DNA of 36,419 bases from an uncultured Deferribacteres bacterium (GCA_964014485.1 CAXHAT010000069.1:1-36419); one strand, 5' to 3'; numbered from the stretch's first letter, positions 8,919 through 17,371 are shown. Program-made: numbers and translations. The notes: generated by a model not told the origin, from the letters alone.

Positions 8919-8992
8919 GGCAAAGCAAGCTTCGCACTCCTTGCCGCCTCCATCTCTAAAAATGCCGTGTGTAGAAAAGGTCACAACTTGAG
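8919..8992. mobile_element. Family A element, right half only
   Basis: ggcaaagcaagcttcgcactcc (8919-8940) and right end aggtcacaacttgag (8978-8992); no left end found. Confidence 0.7.
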
Positions 8993-9000
8993 TTAAACAG

Positions 9001-9129
9001 CTCATGTTACGCACCAGCTATCACATCATAAAAACTCTCGATAAAGTCATTCCCGCGAAGGCGGGAATGACGTAAAAGTGATGTTTCTTAGGTGCTATTT
9101 GGGAAATTTTCAGGAGTGCGTAACATCAG
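9001..9129. mobile_element. MITE-like element family B, copy 2, with 8-bp target duplication
   Basis: Ends ctcatgttacgcac / gtgcgtaacatcag, flanked by TTAAACAG at 8993-9000 and 9130-9137. Internal hairpin gtcattcccgcgaaggcgggaatgac. Confidence 0.85.
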
Positions 9130-9156
9130 TTAAACAGTGTATTTTGGGACGTTGCT

Positions 9157-9804
9157 ATGCGAAAATTATTGACAGCCGAGATTCATTATAATCAGGCTTA
9201 CTTTCTCAGCGCCATCGCCGGTTTTGCGCTCATCGCTGTTTTGCGACTCTCCGACGCGGTGGGATTGGACACAGCTTTTTCGTTTTCATGGATGGTCTTC
9301 TTTTTTGCCATCGGTTTTTCGAGCGCGTTGTTGACCAAAAACAAGCGTGCGCGATTCTGGGCCGGACTGCCTGTTGCCGCCAAACAAGCAGGTGCGACCC
9401 ACACTTATTTTCATATCGCATTTTTTGTCATTGTCGTCATCTTTTGGCTCACGATACTCCCGTTTGAATCCAAAGCCGCGATCAAAGATGATTTGTGGCC
9501 GTATCTTTCGGCGAACAGCCTTGTTTTTAACATGTACCTTTTCGCGTTCATCGTTCAAAACTTGGCGTTCCGCCGCAATAAATCCAGAATGAAGCGTGCG
9601 ATCTTTGAGGTCGTTCTTTTTGGCGCCGTCGTCGTCGCATTGTTTGCGGTTTTAGTGTCCAACAAAAACAATCCCTCGCCGGCAGTGTTCGCCGTTTGGA
9701 TAAGGGATTATCCAATTTTACCAATCGTTTGCATCGCGCCGTTTCCCTTCTTGGTCGCGCTTAGCATCAAGACCTACGCCAGTCGAGAGTCATTTTTGAG
9801 TTGA
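9157..9804 (+). CDS. Putative ABC-2 permease, paralog 1
   Basis: About 6 TM; N-terminal MRKLLTAEIHYN, loop KRARFWAGLPV, C-terminal RESFL shared with three paralogs; downstream of the ABC ATPase. Confidence 0.75.
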   Translation: MRKLLTAEIHYNQAYFLSAIAGFALIAVLRLSDAVGLDTAFSFSWMVFFFAIGFSSALLTKNKRARFWAGLPVAAKQAGATHTYFHIAFFVIVVIFWLTILPFESKAAIKDDLWPYLSANSLVFNMYLFAFIVQNLAFRRNKSRMKRAIFEVVLFGAVVVALFAVLVSNKNNPSPAVFAVWIRDYPILPIVCIAPFPFLVALSIKTYASRESFLS

Positions 9805-9824
9805 ATCTACGTTCAGACGACAGC

Positions 9825-10292
9825 CCAAACCAGGACAAGCCAGCGCCCAATAGGGAGAGTCTTTCAACTTTGTGACTCAACGCAGAGACGCGGAGTTCGA
9901 AGAGTCTCGCAGAGTTTTCTAACTAAAATTTAAGCCCATTTATGAATTTCCTGCAATTTGGTTCTTATCTTTTTGAGTTATTTTCTGCCAAAATCTGGCA
10001 AGACTTTCCAAAATCCCGACCGTTCGCACGCGCGGGAGGCAGGACGCAAAGATGCGCAGAGAATTTTTAATTTTGAGTTCAATGTCGCAGAGGCCAAAAG
10101 TACGATAATGCAAAAACAAATCTCTAAATTTTTGTTTTAAAAAACTCTGCGAAGCTCCCCGACCTCTGCATCTCTGCGTTAAGTCATGAGGTTGAATGCC
10201 CGTTGCCGCTTGGTTTCGGCTCGTCCGGGTTGGGTTTCTCTGCGTTTTGAAACGTCTTGCCAAAAAGCTTGTGTTCGAATGCTTTTATCAAG
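9825..10292. repeat. Family C composite palindromic element, copy 2 (most complete)
   Basis: Outer imperfect inverted repeat ccaaaccaggacaagcc / ggctcgtccgggttgg. Inner pair 9879-9918 aacgcagagacgcggag...cgcagagtttt and 10141-10180. 9995-10062 is an inverted copy of about 6915-6975; 10245-10292 is a direct copy of 6956-7002. Confidence 0.78.
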
Positions 10293-10343
10293 TATGCCGG
10301 CAAATCAGTTGTCAGTAACTAAAAGGGCGATATAAAAATAACC

Positions 10344-11051
10344 ATGTGGAAAATCCTGAAGGCTGAATTGCACTACAACCGCACGGCGATTATCGTTTTT
10401 CTCGCCATACTTACAGTCAATTTTATCGCCGCCATGACCAATGCTCTGGTTTTGACTCTCGAATTTCAAGGCGGGCGCTTGCTCTTCTCGCCATTGGCCG
10501 TCTTTGGCGATTTCGACGACAGCTTGTACCCGTTTCTCGTCAACAGCGGCATCGCCTTCGCAGCGACGGCCACCATCATCGGTATGAGCGCGGACAAGCA
10601 AAAACTGGAGCGCGTTTACCATCTGCTGCCGTCGAAACTGCGGCGTTTTAGTTTGTCGCGATTGCTGTTAATTCACATTCTCCATTTCGCGGTTGTCGGT
10701 CTGGGCGTTATCCTGCTTTTTGCAAAATACAGCCCGGCAGCCGGTTCCGCAATTTGGAGCATATTTTCTCTGGGTTTTCTAACGCTCAGCGGCCTGATCA
10801 GCATGTACGTTTTACATGATTTGGGCTTTTATGAAAAACGTGCTTTAAAATGGATCGGTTATGGCGCCGTCGCTCTCCTCGTCATGATGCTGAATGCGAT
10901 TCTTATTCTCGGCGACGCGGCGAAAATCTGGCAAGCGTTTACGAGTTTTGTACGTTCGCCCGCAGGCGCACTGTTTTTTACCGCAGGCTGGTTTGCAATG
11001 ATCGCCTTCAGTCGGAAAGTTTATGAACGCAGAAATTCATTTCTTGCGTGA
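10344..11051 (+). CDS. Putative ABC-2 permease, paralog 2
   Basis: MWKILKAELHYN, KLERVYHLLPS, C-terminal RRNSFLA; about 6 TM. Confidence 0.75.
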   Translation: MWKILKAELHYNRTAIIVFLAILTVNFIAAMTNALVLTLEFQGGRLLFSPLAVFGDFDDSLYPFLVNSGIAFAATATIIGMSADKQKLERVYHLLPSKLRRFSLSRLLLIHILHFAVVGLGVILLFAKYSPAAGSAIWSIFSLGFLTLSGLISMYVLHDLGFYEKRALKWIGYGAVALLVMMLNAILILGDAAKIWQAFTSFVRSPAGALFFTAGWFAMIAFSRKVYERRNSFLA

Positions 11052-11191
11052 AGTTTTATTGGCAATCTAAACCGAGAGATTCCCTCGACGAACCATGGAA
11101 ATTGCATCGCGTCGCCTCATTTTTTAGATTGTATTGCTGAGATCGACCTAAAGAAACCTTGTTTGATGTTCTCCAAACTGGAAATTTTGTT

Positions 11192-12376
11192 ATGACTTGT
11201 GAAGAATTGTTTGAAGCCCTGAACGCCGGCGAAGATTCATCAAACCAATTCAAGGTAACCTTCAAGAATATTGACCAACTGGCGGCTGAAATCGCGGCTT
11301 TTGCCAATACGGACGGCGGCAGGCTGATTATCGGCGTGACGGACGCTGGTGAGTTGAATGGGTTGAGCAAAGATGAAGTCGGGCGTTTGAACCAATGGCT
11401 TTCTAATGTTACTTCACAGAAAATCGAGCCGCCGGTCTTCGTGAAAACGGAAATTCTACTCTGCAAGAAGAAGAGAATTTTGATCGTGCAGGTACCGCGC
11501 GGCGGCAACAAGCCCTACGCCGTGAACAAAACCGCCTTCTGGGTCAAAAACGGCGCGGACAAGCGGCGAGCAACACGGGAAGAACTATTTAGATTGATGC
11601 AGTCATCCCGTCTGCTTTTCGCCGACGAATTGGAAACCGAAACAACGCTGGAAGATCTTGATCAGGATCGATTCAAAAAATTTTACGAGAACCACTACGC
11701 GGAAAAACTTGAAACGGCGGCTTCCCCAAACCTTGAAAAAATGCTTGAAAATCTCAAACTGCTGGCAAACGACCGTTTGACGTTGGCGGGCTTGCTGCTG
11801 TTCGGACAAAATCCTGAACTGACCAAACCCCAATTCTCGATTGTCGCCACGTCCTACGTCGGCAAAGAACGTGGAGCGAACGAGTATCTTGACTCGGAAA
11901 AAATTCAAGGCGTTTTAAGCGAGCAGTTTCGTGAAGCGGTCGGCTTCGTCAAGCGCAATTTGCACAAAATTCAGGCCGGACGAAATTTCAATGCACCCGG
12001 AATCATTGAAATTCCGCTCGACTCTTTTTCCGAAGCTATTGGCAACGCCATCGTTCATCGCGATTACTTTATCAACGCGCCGGTTTTCGTCGAAATTTTT
12101 GAGGATCGTGTTGAGGTCATCAGTCCGGGTTCTTTACCGAATACGCTCACCGAGGAAAACATCAGGTACGGCGTGCATATCGAGCGCAATCCGACCATTC
12201 TCTCATTTTTGGAAAAAGACCCGGCTTTCCGCTACAGCGGACGGGGGAGCGGCATACCGCGCATGATCAAAGCCTGCCGCAAAATGAACGTTCGGCTGGA
12301 TTTGATCAACGACCGGGACAAACAGCAATTTCGGGTCGCGTTCTACAGAAATCCAATCAAGCCAGGCACGAATTAG
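11192..12376 (+). CDS. AlbA_2/Schlafen-domain protein with HATPase_c_4 (RecG-C-like) domain
   Basis: GEDSSNQFK...IAAFANTDGGRLIIGV (AlbA_2); EAIGNAIVHRDY, VISPGSLP, RNPTI, GRGSGIPRM (HATPase_c_4). ATG 11192 preferred over TTG 11159. Confidence 0.88.
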   Translation: MTCEELFEALNAGEDSSNQFKVTFKNIDQLAAEIAAFANTDGGRLIIGVTDAGELNGLSKDEVGRLNQWLSNVTSQKIEPPVFVKTEILLCKKKRILIVQVPRGGNKPYAVNKTAFWVKNGADKRRATREELFRLMQSSRLLFADELETETTLEDLDQDRFKKFYENHYAEKLETAASPNLEKMLENLKLLANDRLTLAGLLLFGQNPELTKPQFSIVATSYVGKERGANEYLDSEKIQGVLSEQFREAVGFVKRNLHKIQAGRNFNAPGIIEIPLDSFSEAIGNAIVHRDYFINAPVFVEIFEDRVEVISPGSLPNTLTEENIRYGVHIERNPTILSFLEKDPAFRYSGRGSGIPRMIKACRKMNVRLDLINDRDKQQFRVAFYRNPIKPGTN

Positions 12377-12550
12377 AAAGAGTCCAGAGCTATTGTTCTG
12401 CCGGGTAATCGTTCTGCGAAAAATCTGTAAGATTGTTCGCATTCGCGTCACTAACATCATAAACACGCATCGCGATGGAAAGAAGCACGGAATTTGATTA
12501 CTACTGACAAGCAGCCGGAATCCCGGCAAATCAACCTGCAAAGCCAAAGC

Positions 12551-13045
12551 ATGGACTTCCCGGCCATTCTGGAAGCGAACAAGCAGCGGCTCTATCGCTT
12601 TTGCCGACTTTATGCGACGACGCGGGAAGACCGAGAAGATTTATTTCAGGAAATCGTTTTCAATTTATGGAAGTCACTGCCGTCGTTTCAGGGCGGCGCT
12701 TCTCTGGAGACGTGGATTTATCGCGTGGCGCTGAACGTCTCGATGCGGTTTTCGCTAAAAACACGGCAAAAACGCGAGCGCTTTGGCGGGCTGGACGGGA
12801 TAGAATTTGTCGCTGGAGGAGAAAAATCAACGACTGAGCAGCTTGAGAATGAAGAACAAATCAAACAGCTTTATGCTTGCATTCGCGTGCTGCCGGAGAT
12901 TGAACGTTCGATCATCACACTATTTCTCGAAGAAATGAGTCACAAGGAAATCGCTGCAATCGTCGGGATTTCCGAAAATTACGTCGCCGTCAAAATCGCA
13001 CGAATAAAGCCCAAACTCTTAACCTGCCTGCAATCCCATGAATGA
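12551..13045 (+). CDS. ECF RNA polymerase sigma factor
   Basis: DREDLFQE, TWIYRVALN (region 2); MSHKEIAAIVGISENYVAVKIARIK (region 4). ATG at 12551. Confidence 0.92.
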   Translation: MDFPAILEANKQRLYRFCRLYATTREDREDLFQEIVFNLWKSLPSFQGGASLETWIYRVALNVSMRFSLKTRQKRERFGGLDGIEFVAGGEKSTTEQLENEEQIKQLYACIRVLPEIERSIITLFLEEMSHKEIAAIVGISENYVAVKIARIKPKLLTCLQSHE

Positions 13046-13637
13046 CGAAGCTTTGAAAGCGCTCTGGCAAAATCAGTCGGCAGGCGAAAGTGAGGTCAAA
13101 CTCAATGCCGAAAAAATGCTCTTAGCGCTCAACCAAAAACTTGAAATTCTCGAAAAGCGATTGACCAAACGTGACCGCCGAGAAACCATCGCCGGATACG
13201 CCGTCGCGCTTGTTTTTGGGGGACTTGCGTTTTCAACACCGGGCGTTTTTACCAAAATTGGCGCGATAATCGTGGCGCTTGGCGCTTTGTTCATTGTTTT
13301 TAAACTGAAACGAGCAAAACAGGCGGAAGCGGATTTTCGCGATGAAACGCCCAACCTGAAAAACTGGCTGTTACAAGAAACCGCAAAAGTTGAGACGCAG
13401 ATCGCTTTGCTGAGCAGCGTGTGGAAATGGTATGTCTCGCCGATTGCCATTGGGCTGCTGTTTTTCCAAATCGGTCAGCCAAATCAACCGCCTGCCCTGA
13501 TGGTTGGCAGCAGTGTTTTCGTTCTCGCGCTCGGCGCCGTCATCATTTTTCTCAATTCACGCGCCGTGAAAAATTATCTGGAGCCGCTCAGGCGGGATTT
13601 GCAGGAAAAATTAGCTTTGTTAGAAAAAGCCGAATAA
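13038..13637 (+). CDS. Putative membrane anti-sigma factor (4 TM)
   Basis: Overlaps the sigma stop by 8 nt; MNDEALKALWQ N-terminus typical of ECF-adjacent membrane proteins. Confidence 0.75.
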   Translation: MNDEALKALWQNQSAGESEVKLNAEKMLLALNQKLEILEKRLTKRDRRETIAGYAVALVFGGLAFSTPGVFTKIGAIIVALGALFIVFKLKRAKQAEADFRDETPNLKNWLLQETAKVETQIALLSSVWKWYVSPIAIGLLFFQIGQPNQPPALMVGSSVFVLALGAVIIFLNSRAVKNYLEPLRRDLQEKLALLEKAE

Positions 13638-13702
13638 ACTTGAAAAACAGGTTTATGGATTTTTAGACTACTGGCTGAATGTTACGATCAAATGCTTTTC
13701 GC

Positions 13703-13830
13703 AAACCCGGCAGCCGGAACCAAGCTCGGAGAATCAAGCAAACTTGTAGACAAACGCAGAGACGCAGAGTCCGGAGAGTTTCGCAGAGTTTGAGTTCTGG
13801 GTTTAATTTTCTCGGCGTTTCTCAGCGTTC
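13703..13830. repeat. Family C element, copy 3 (partial)
   Basis: aaacccggcagccggaaccaag ... aacgcagagacgcagagtccggagagtttcgcagagttt ... ctcggcgtttctcagcgtt. Confidence 0.72.
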
Positions 13831-13887
13831 AGAAAAGTGAATTCAGGAAATGATAGATAATAGCCCTACAAACCTTGGAGAAGGAAA

Positions 13888-15573
13888 ATGAAATCTCTTT
13901 CTAAGTCGTTCTTTTTCGGCTTGCTCTTTTTGTTTATTGCCCAAAATCTCACGGCGAGCGAGAGCTTTCCTGATGAACAAAAAGTCAAAGGCATTCTAAA
14001 GCAGCGTATTGATGTGAATCAACGCAGTGTTGGCATCGTCGTCGGATTGGTGGACGAAAACGGTTCGCAGGTCATCAGCTACGGCGAGATGAAAAAAGGC
14101 GGCGGCCAAACGCCGGACGGCAAATCCGTCTTTGAAATCGGCTCGATCAGCAAGGCGTTCACCGGGATTCTGCTGGCGGACATGGTTCAGCGCGGTAAGC
14201 TCAAACTCGACGATCCAGTCGGGAAGTTTTTGCCGAAAGACGTCAAAATGCCGGGGCGCGGCGGCAAACAAATCACCTTGCTCAATCTCACCCAACACAC
14301 CTCGGCGCTGCCGCGATTGCCGAGCAACATGAACGCCGCTGATCCCAAGAATCCCTACGCCGATTACACCATTGAAATGATGTACGAATTCCTTTCCGGT
14401 CACGAATTGGAGCGTGACATTGGCGAAAAAGCGGCTTATTCCAATCTTGGCGCCGGGCTTCTCGGTCACGCACTGGCTTTGAAAGCAGGGAAAAGCTATG
14501 AAGAATTGATGATCGAGCGCATTGCCAAACCGTTGGGCATGAAAGATACGCGAATCGCGCTCACGGAGGACATGAAAAAGCGCCTTGCCACTGGTCACAA
14601 TCAAGGCGGCGAACCGACTTCGAACTGGGACATTCCGGCACTGGCCGGAGCAGGCGCGATCCGTTCGACGGTTGATGACATGATTATTTTCATGCAGGCC
14701 AATCTTGGTTTAAAAAAATCAAAGCTCTCCAAAGCGATGCAGGCTTCGCACGGCAATCGCACGGATTTTAGTGTTGAAAATATGGAAGTTGGCCTTGGCT
14801 GGATCGTTTCCAACACCGATCAAGGCGATATTATTTGGCACAACGGCGGCACTGGCGGCTACCGCACGTTTTGCGGCTTTGACAAGGAGAAAAAGCGCGG
14901 CGTGGTTGTGCTCACCAATTCCGCCAACAGCGCCGACGACATCGGTCTTCATTTACTCGATTCTAAAAACGAGCTTGCCAAATTCGATCCCCCGCCCAAG
15001 GAAACCGAGGTCAACGTCGACAAACTTGCCGATTACGCCGGAAAATATCAACTCGCACCGGGATTCTTTTTTACCGTTACGCCAAAAGAAGACAAGCTTT
15101 TCGTCCAAATTACCGGTCAGCCGGAAGCGCAAGTTTACCCCGAATCCGAGGATAAGTTTTTCTACAAAATCGTAGACGCGCAAATAAAATTTAATCGTGA
15201 TGACAACGGCGCCGTGAAGGAGCTCGTTCTCTTCCAAAACGGTCGCGAGCAAACGGCGAAAAAACTAGGCGAGGGCGAAAAGGCGGAAGAGCGCAAGGAA
15301 ATTGCCGTCGATGAAAAAATCATGGCGCAGTACGTCGGCAAGTACCAACTTGCACCGACGTTTATCATGACCATCACGCTCGAAAACGGCGCGCTTTTCG
15401 TTCAAGCCACGGGTCAGCCGAAAATCCCTGTTTTCGCCGAATCTGAAACCAAATTCTTCGCCAAAGTCGTCCCGGCGCAAATTTCGTTTGTCAAAGGCGA
15501 CGACGGCAAAGTCTCGCACTTGATTTTGCATCAGGGCGGTATGGATCAGAAAGCGACGAGGATGGAAGAGTAG
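13888..15573 (+). CDS. Secreted serine hydrolase (beta-lactamase/D-peptidase fold) with two DUF3471-like C-terminal domains
   Basis: Signal peptide; FEIGSISK (SxxK), YSN, WHNGGTGG. Two repeats starting LADYAGKYQLAP and MAQYVGKYQLAP. Confidence 0.9.
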   Translation: MKSLSKSFFFGLLFLFIAQNLTASESFPDEQKVKGILKQRIDVNQRSVGIVVGLVDENGSQVISYGEMKKGGGQTPDGKSVFEIGSISKAFTGILLADMVQRGKLKLDDPVGKFLPKDVKMPGRGGKQITLLNLTQHTSALPRLPSNMNAADPKNPYADYTIEMMYEFLSGHELERDIGEKAAYSNLGAGLLGHALALKAGKSYEELMIERIAKPLGMKDTRIALTEDMKKRLATGHNQGGEPTSNWDIPALAGAGAIRSTVDDMIIFMQANLGLKKSKLSKAMQASHGNRTDFSVENMEVGLGWIVSNTDQGDIIWHNGGTGGYRTFCGFDKEKKRGVVVLTNSANSADDIGLHLLDSKNELAKFDPPPKETEVNVDKLADYAGKYQLAPGFFFTVTPKEDKLFVQITGQPEAQVYPESEDKFFYKIVDAQIKFNRDDNGAVKELVLFQNGREQTAKKLGEGEKAEERKEIAVDEKIMAQYVGKYQLAPTFIMTITLENGALFVQATGQPKIPVFAESETKFFAKVVPAQISFVKGDDGKVSHLILHQGGMDQKATRMEE

Positions 15574-15576
15574 GAC

Positions 15577-15663
15577 TGGATTCGTGGAATGTTGGAGTGA
15601 TGGATTTTTGGATTGATGAAGTTCAAGATCATTATTCCAATAATCCATTACGCCAACACTTCA
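15577..15663. repeat. 8-nt periodic inverted repeat array
   Basis: tggattcg tggaatgt tggagtga tggatttt tggattga, then ttattcca ataatcca ttacgcca acacttca. Confidence 0.75.
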
Positions 15664-15682
15664 GATTGAAGAGGAACCGACG

Positions 15683-16321
15683 ATGTCAAAACTATTGCTT
15701 GCGGAATTGCGCTACAATTGGAAAATGCTCCTGGCCGGTTTAGGCGGCGGGGTGCTGCTTTTCTTGGGAGATCATCTTGATTCCGACCGCGGCGAAGCGA
15801 CGATTTTCATTTTTCCGGTTTTAATGGCGGCTGCGCTCATTTTTGGCAAGACAAAAAATGAACGCCGGACGCGGCAATTTGCGCTGCTACCGGTTCCGTT
15901 AAATCGGCAGACGATCTCCGCGTTCACGCTTGTCCTCGGATCAATCGTTTTGGCGTCAATGCTTTTGGTCATGTTGATCGAAGTATTTCGCATTGGTTCG
16001 GAAAGCCCGGAATGGCTCCAGCTCAACAGCTTTCTGGGTTTTTTCGCCTTTATTTTCCCGGCGATGGTGACCATACAGATTCTGAAACATCAAAAAACGC
16101 CTTACTTGCGGATTGGGTTCAGCGCAATCATTATCATTTTTTCAATGATTACGGCGGCGATTTTTTTGATGGCCGCGAGTCAACCGGATAGCGCTTTTTG
16201 GGTATTTGTGAGACGATTGCTGGGTACGCCCTGGGGCGCCGGCGTTTTCTATGTTTTTGCAATATTACACGTTTGGTTCGGCGTTTGGGCGGCGCAGAAA
16301 CGAACCGCATTTTTAGTTTAG
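15683..16321 (+). CDS. Putative ABC-2 permease, paralog 3
   Basis: GAGGA RBS; MSKLLLAELRYN, RRTRQFALLPV, C-terminal KRTAFLV. Confidence 0.75.
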   Translation: MSKLLLAELRYNWKMLLAGLGGGVLLFLGDHLDSDRGEATIFIFPVLMAAALIFGKTKNERRTRQFALLPVPLNRQTISAFTLVLGSIVLASMLLVMLIEVFRIGSESPEWLQLNSFLGFFAFIFPAMVTIQILKHQKTPYLRIGFSAIIIIFSMITAAIFLMAASQPDSAFWVFVRRLLGTPWGAGVFYVFAILHVWFGVWAAQKRTAFLV

Positions 16322-16353
16322 GATCGCCAGTCCTTAATTCTCGGAGAATCTCG

Positions 16354-16992
16354 ATGCGCTCATTCATCATCTCGGAATTTCGTTATAATCGCAACGCACT
16401 CATGATCGGCGGGACCATTTGCACATTGCTTTTGCTCGTGCAAATACTGACTGGATCAGACAACGCTTATTCGCTCATGTCCACCGCCATGATTTCTTAC
16501 TTCATTACTATTGGAATCATCGGCTCGGAATCTGATAAGGAAAAGCGCGACCGGTTCATGATGCTATTATCAATCGATTTGAAAACGGCCGCCCTTACGC
16601 GGTTGATTTTTCTCGTCGTTGTTCTGCTGGGCTTCAATGCGCTTTGGTTGGTTTTCGCAACCTTCGTTACCGGCCCGCTGACCGGCGTTTTCGTTTGGCG
16701 CGTCATCTCTACAATGAGTCTCGTACTCGGACTGATATGTCTGTTCGTCATTCATGCCGATCTTGGTCATATGCGAACCAAGAAGTACAGATTTCTCATG
16801 TGGACCTTGCTCTTCTTATCTGCTATCTCACATGTTCTCTTATTCTTGCTCGGCTCCGACAATCAATATCTTGCATTCTGGCGCGACGTTGTCTCGTCGC
16901 CTCTCGGCGCTTTGGCGCTGGTCGTATCAGCCGGGCTGTTGCTCTATCTCGACATGCTTGTTTTTAAAAAACGCGTCTTCTATTTGCAATAA
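16354..16992 (+). CDS. Putative ABC-2 permease, paralog 4
   Basis: Start re-called to ATG 16354 (GGAG RBS); MRSFIISEFRYN, EKRDRFMMLL, C-terminal KRVFYLQ. Confidence 0.75.
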   Translation: MRSFIISEFRYNRNALMIGGTICTLLLLVQILTGSDNAYSLMSTAMISYFITIGIIGSESDKEKRDRFMMLLSIDLKTAALTRLIFLVVVLLGFNALWLVFATFVTGPLTGVFVWRVISTMSLVLGLICLFVIHADLGHMRTKKYRFLMWTLLFLSAISHVLLFLLGSDNQYLAFWRDVVSSPLGALALVVSAGLLLYLDMLVFKKRVFYLQ

Positions 16993-17020
16993 CCAGCTTC
17001 GCCGTTCTTATCAGCGCAAT

Positions 17021-17055
17021 AAAAAAGCCCGTCGAGACAGCTCTGACGGGCTTTT
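17021..17055. terminator. Bidirectional intrinsic terminator
   Basis: aaaaaagcccgtc-gagacagctct-gacgggctttt between convergent genes. Confidence 0.85.
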
Positions 17056-17080
17056 GATTATTGAAAATCTAAAAGACGAA

Positions 17081-17212
17081 TTATTTATTTTTCACAAAAA
17101 GGGCGCGGCTGGCTCTGCGCCGTTCCTGCCGCTTCTCTTCTTCACGCGCGGAAGAAACACTGAACGCCGCAGCCGCAACAACGACTGCGCCGACTACGAT
17201 GATACTCGTCAT
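17081..17212 (-). CDS. Small single-TM protein, 43 aa
   Basis: AGGAGAG RBS upstream of ATG. MTSIIVVGAVVVAAAAFSVSSAREEEKRQERRRASRALFVKNK, stop 25 bp before the terminator, whose longer U-tract is on this strand. Confidence 0.7.
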   Translation of the reverse strand: MTSIIVVGAVVVAAAAFSVSSAREEEKRQERRRASRALFVKNK

Positions 17213-17371
17213 TCTTCTCTCCTATTTTCTTTGAGTCATCCTTACTGTTTTACTTCAGATAAAAAGCATCTGAAATGGTGGCGGCGTTATACCCCGTCTG
17301 CGCCGAAAAGTTGCGACATAGTTCATGTTTTTTCTATCAAAAAATCTTTTTTCTGAAATTATTAAAACATC

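Noticed and set aside
7440..10240. Integron attC array: elements end in GTTAAAT, GTTAAAC and GTTGGGT, which match GTTRRRY
   Set aside because: No matching RYYYAAC inverse cores or attC-type bulged boxes, most elements are longer than attC sites, no integrase is present, and 8-bp target duplications explain the family B ends better.
6749..13830. CRISPR array
   Set aside because: Repeats are degenerate, irregularly spaced and separated by genes; no cas genes.
13888..15573. Calling the serine hydrolase a true beta-lactamase (ampC)
   Set aside because: The HNG triad and DUF3471-like repeats fit the broad peptidase/esterase group; substrate cannot be inferred.
16198..16353. Upstream extension of the 16198-16992 ORF
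   Set aside because: Overlaps paralog 3; the paralog motif and RBS place the start at 16354.
16754..17356. 200-aa plus-strand ORF
   Set aside because: Crosses a terminator, overlaps a permease and is antisense to the better-supported 43-aa ORF.
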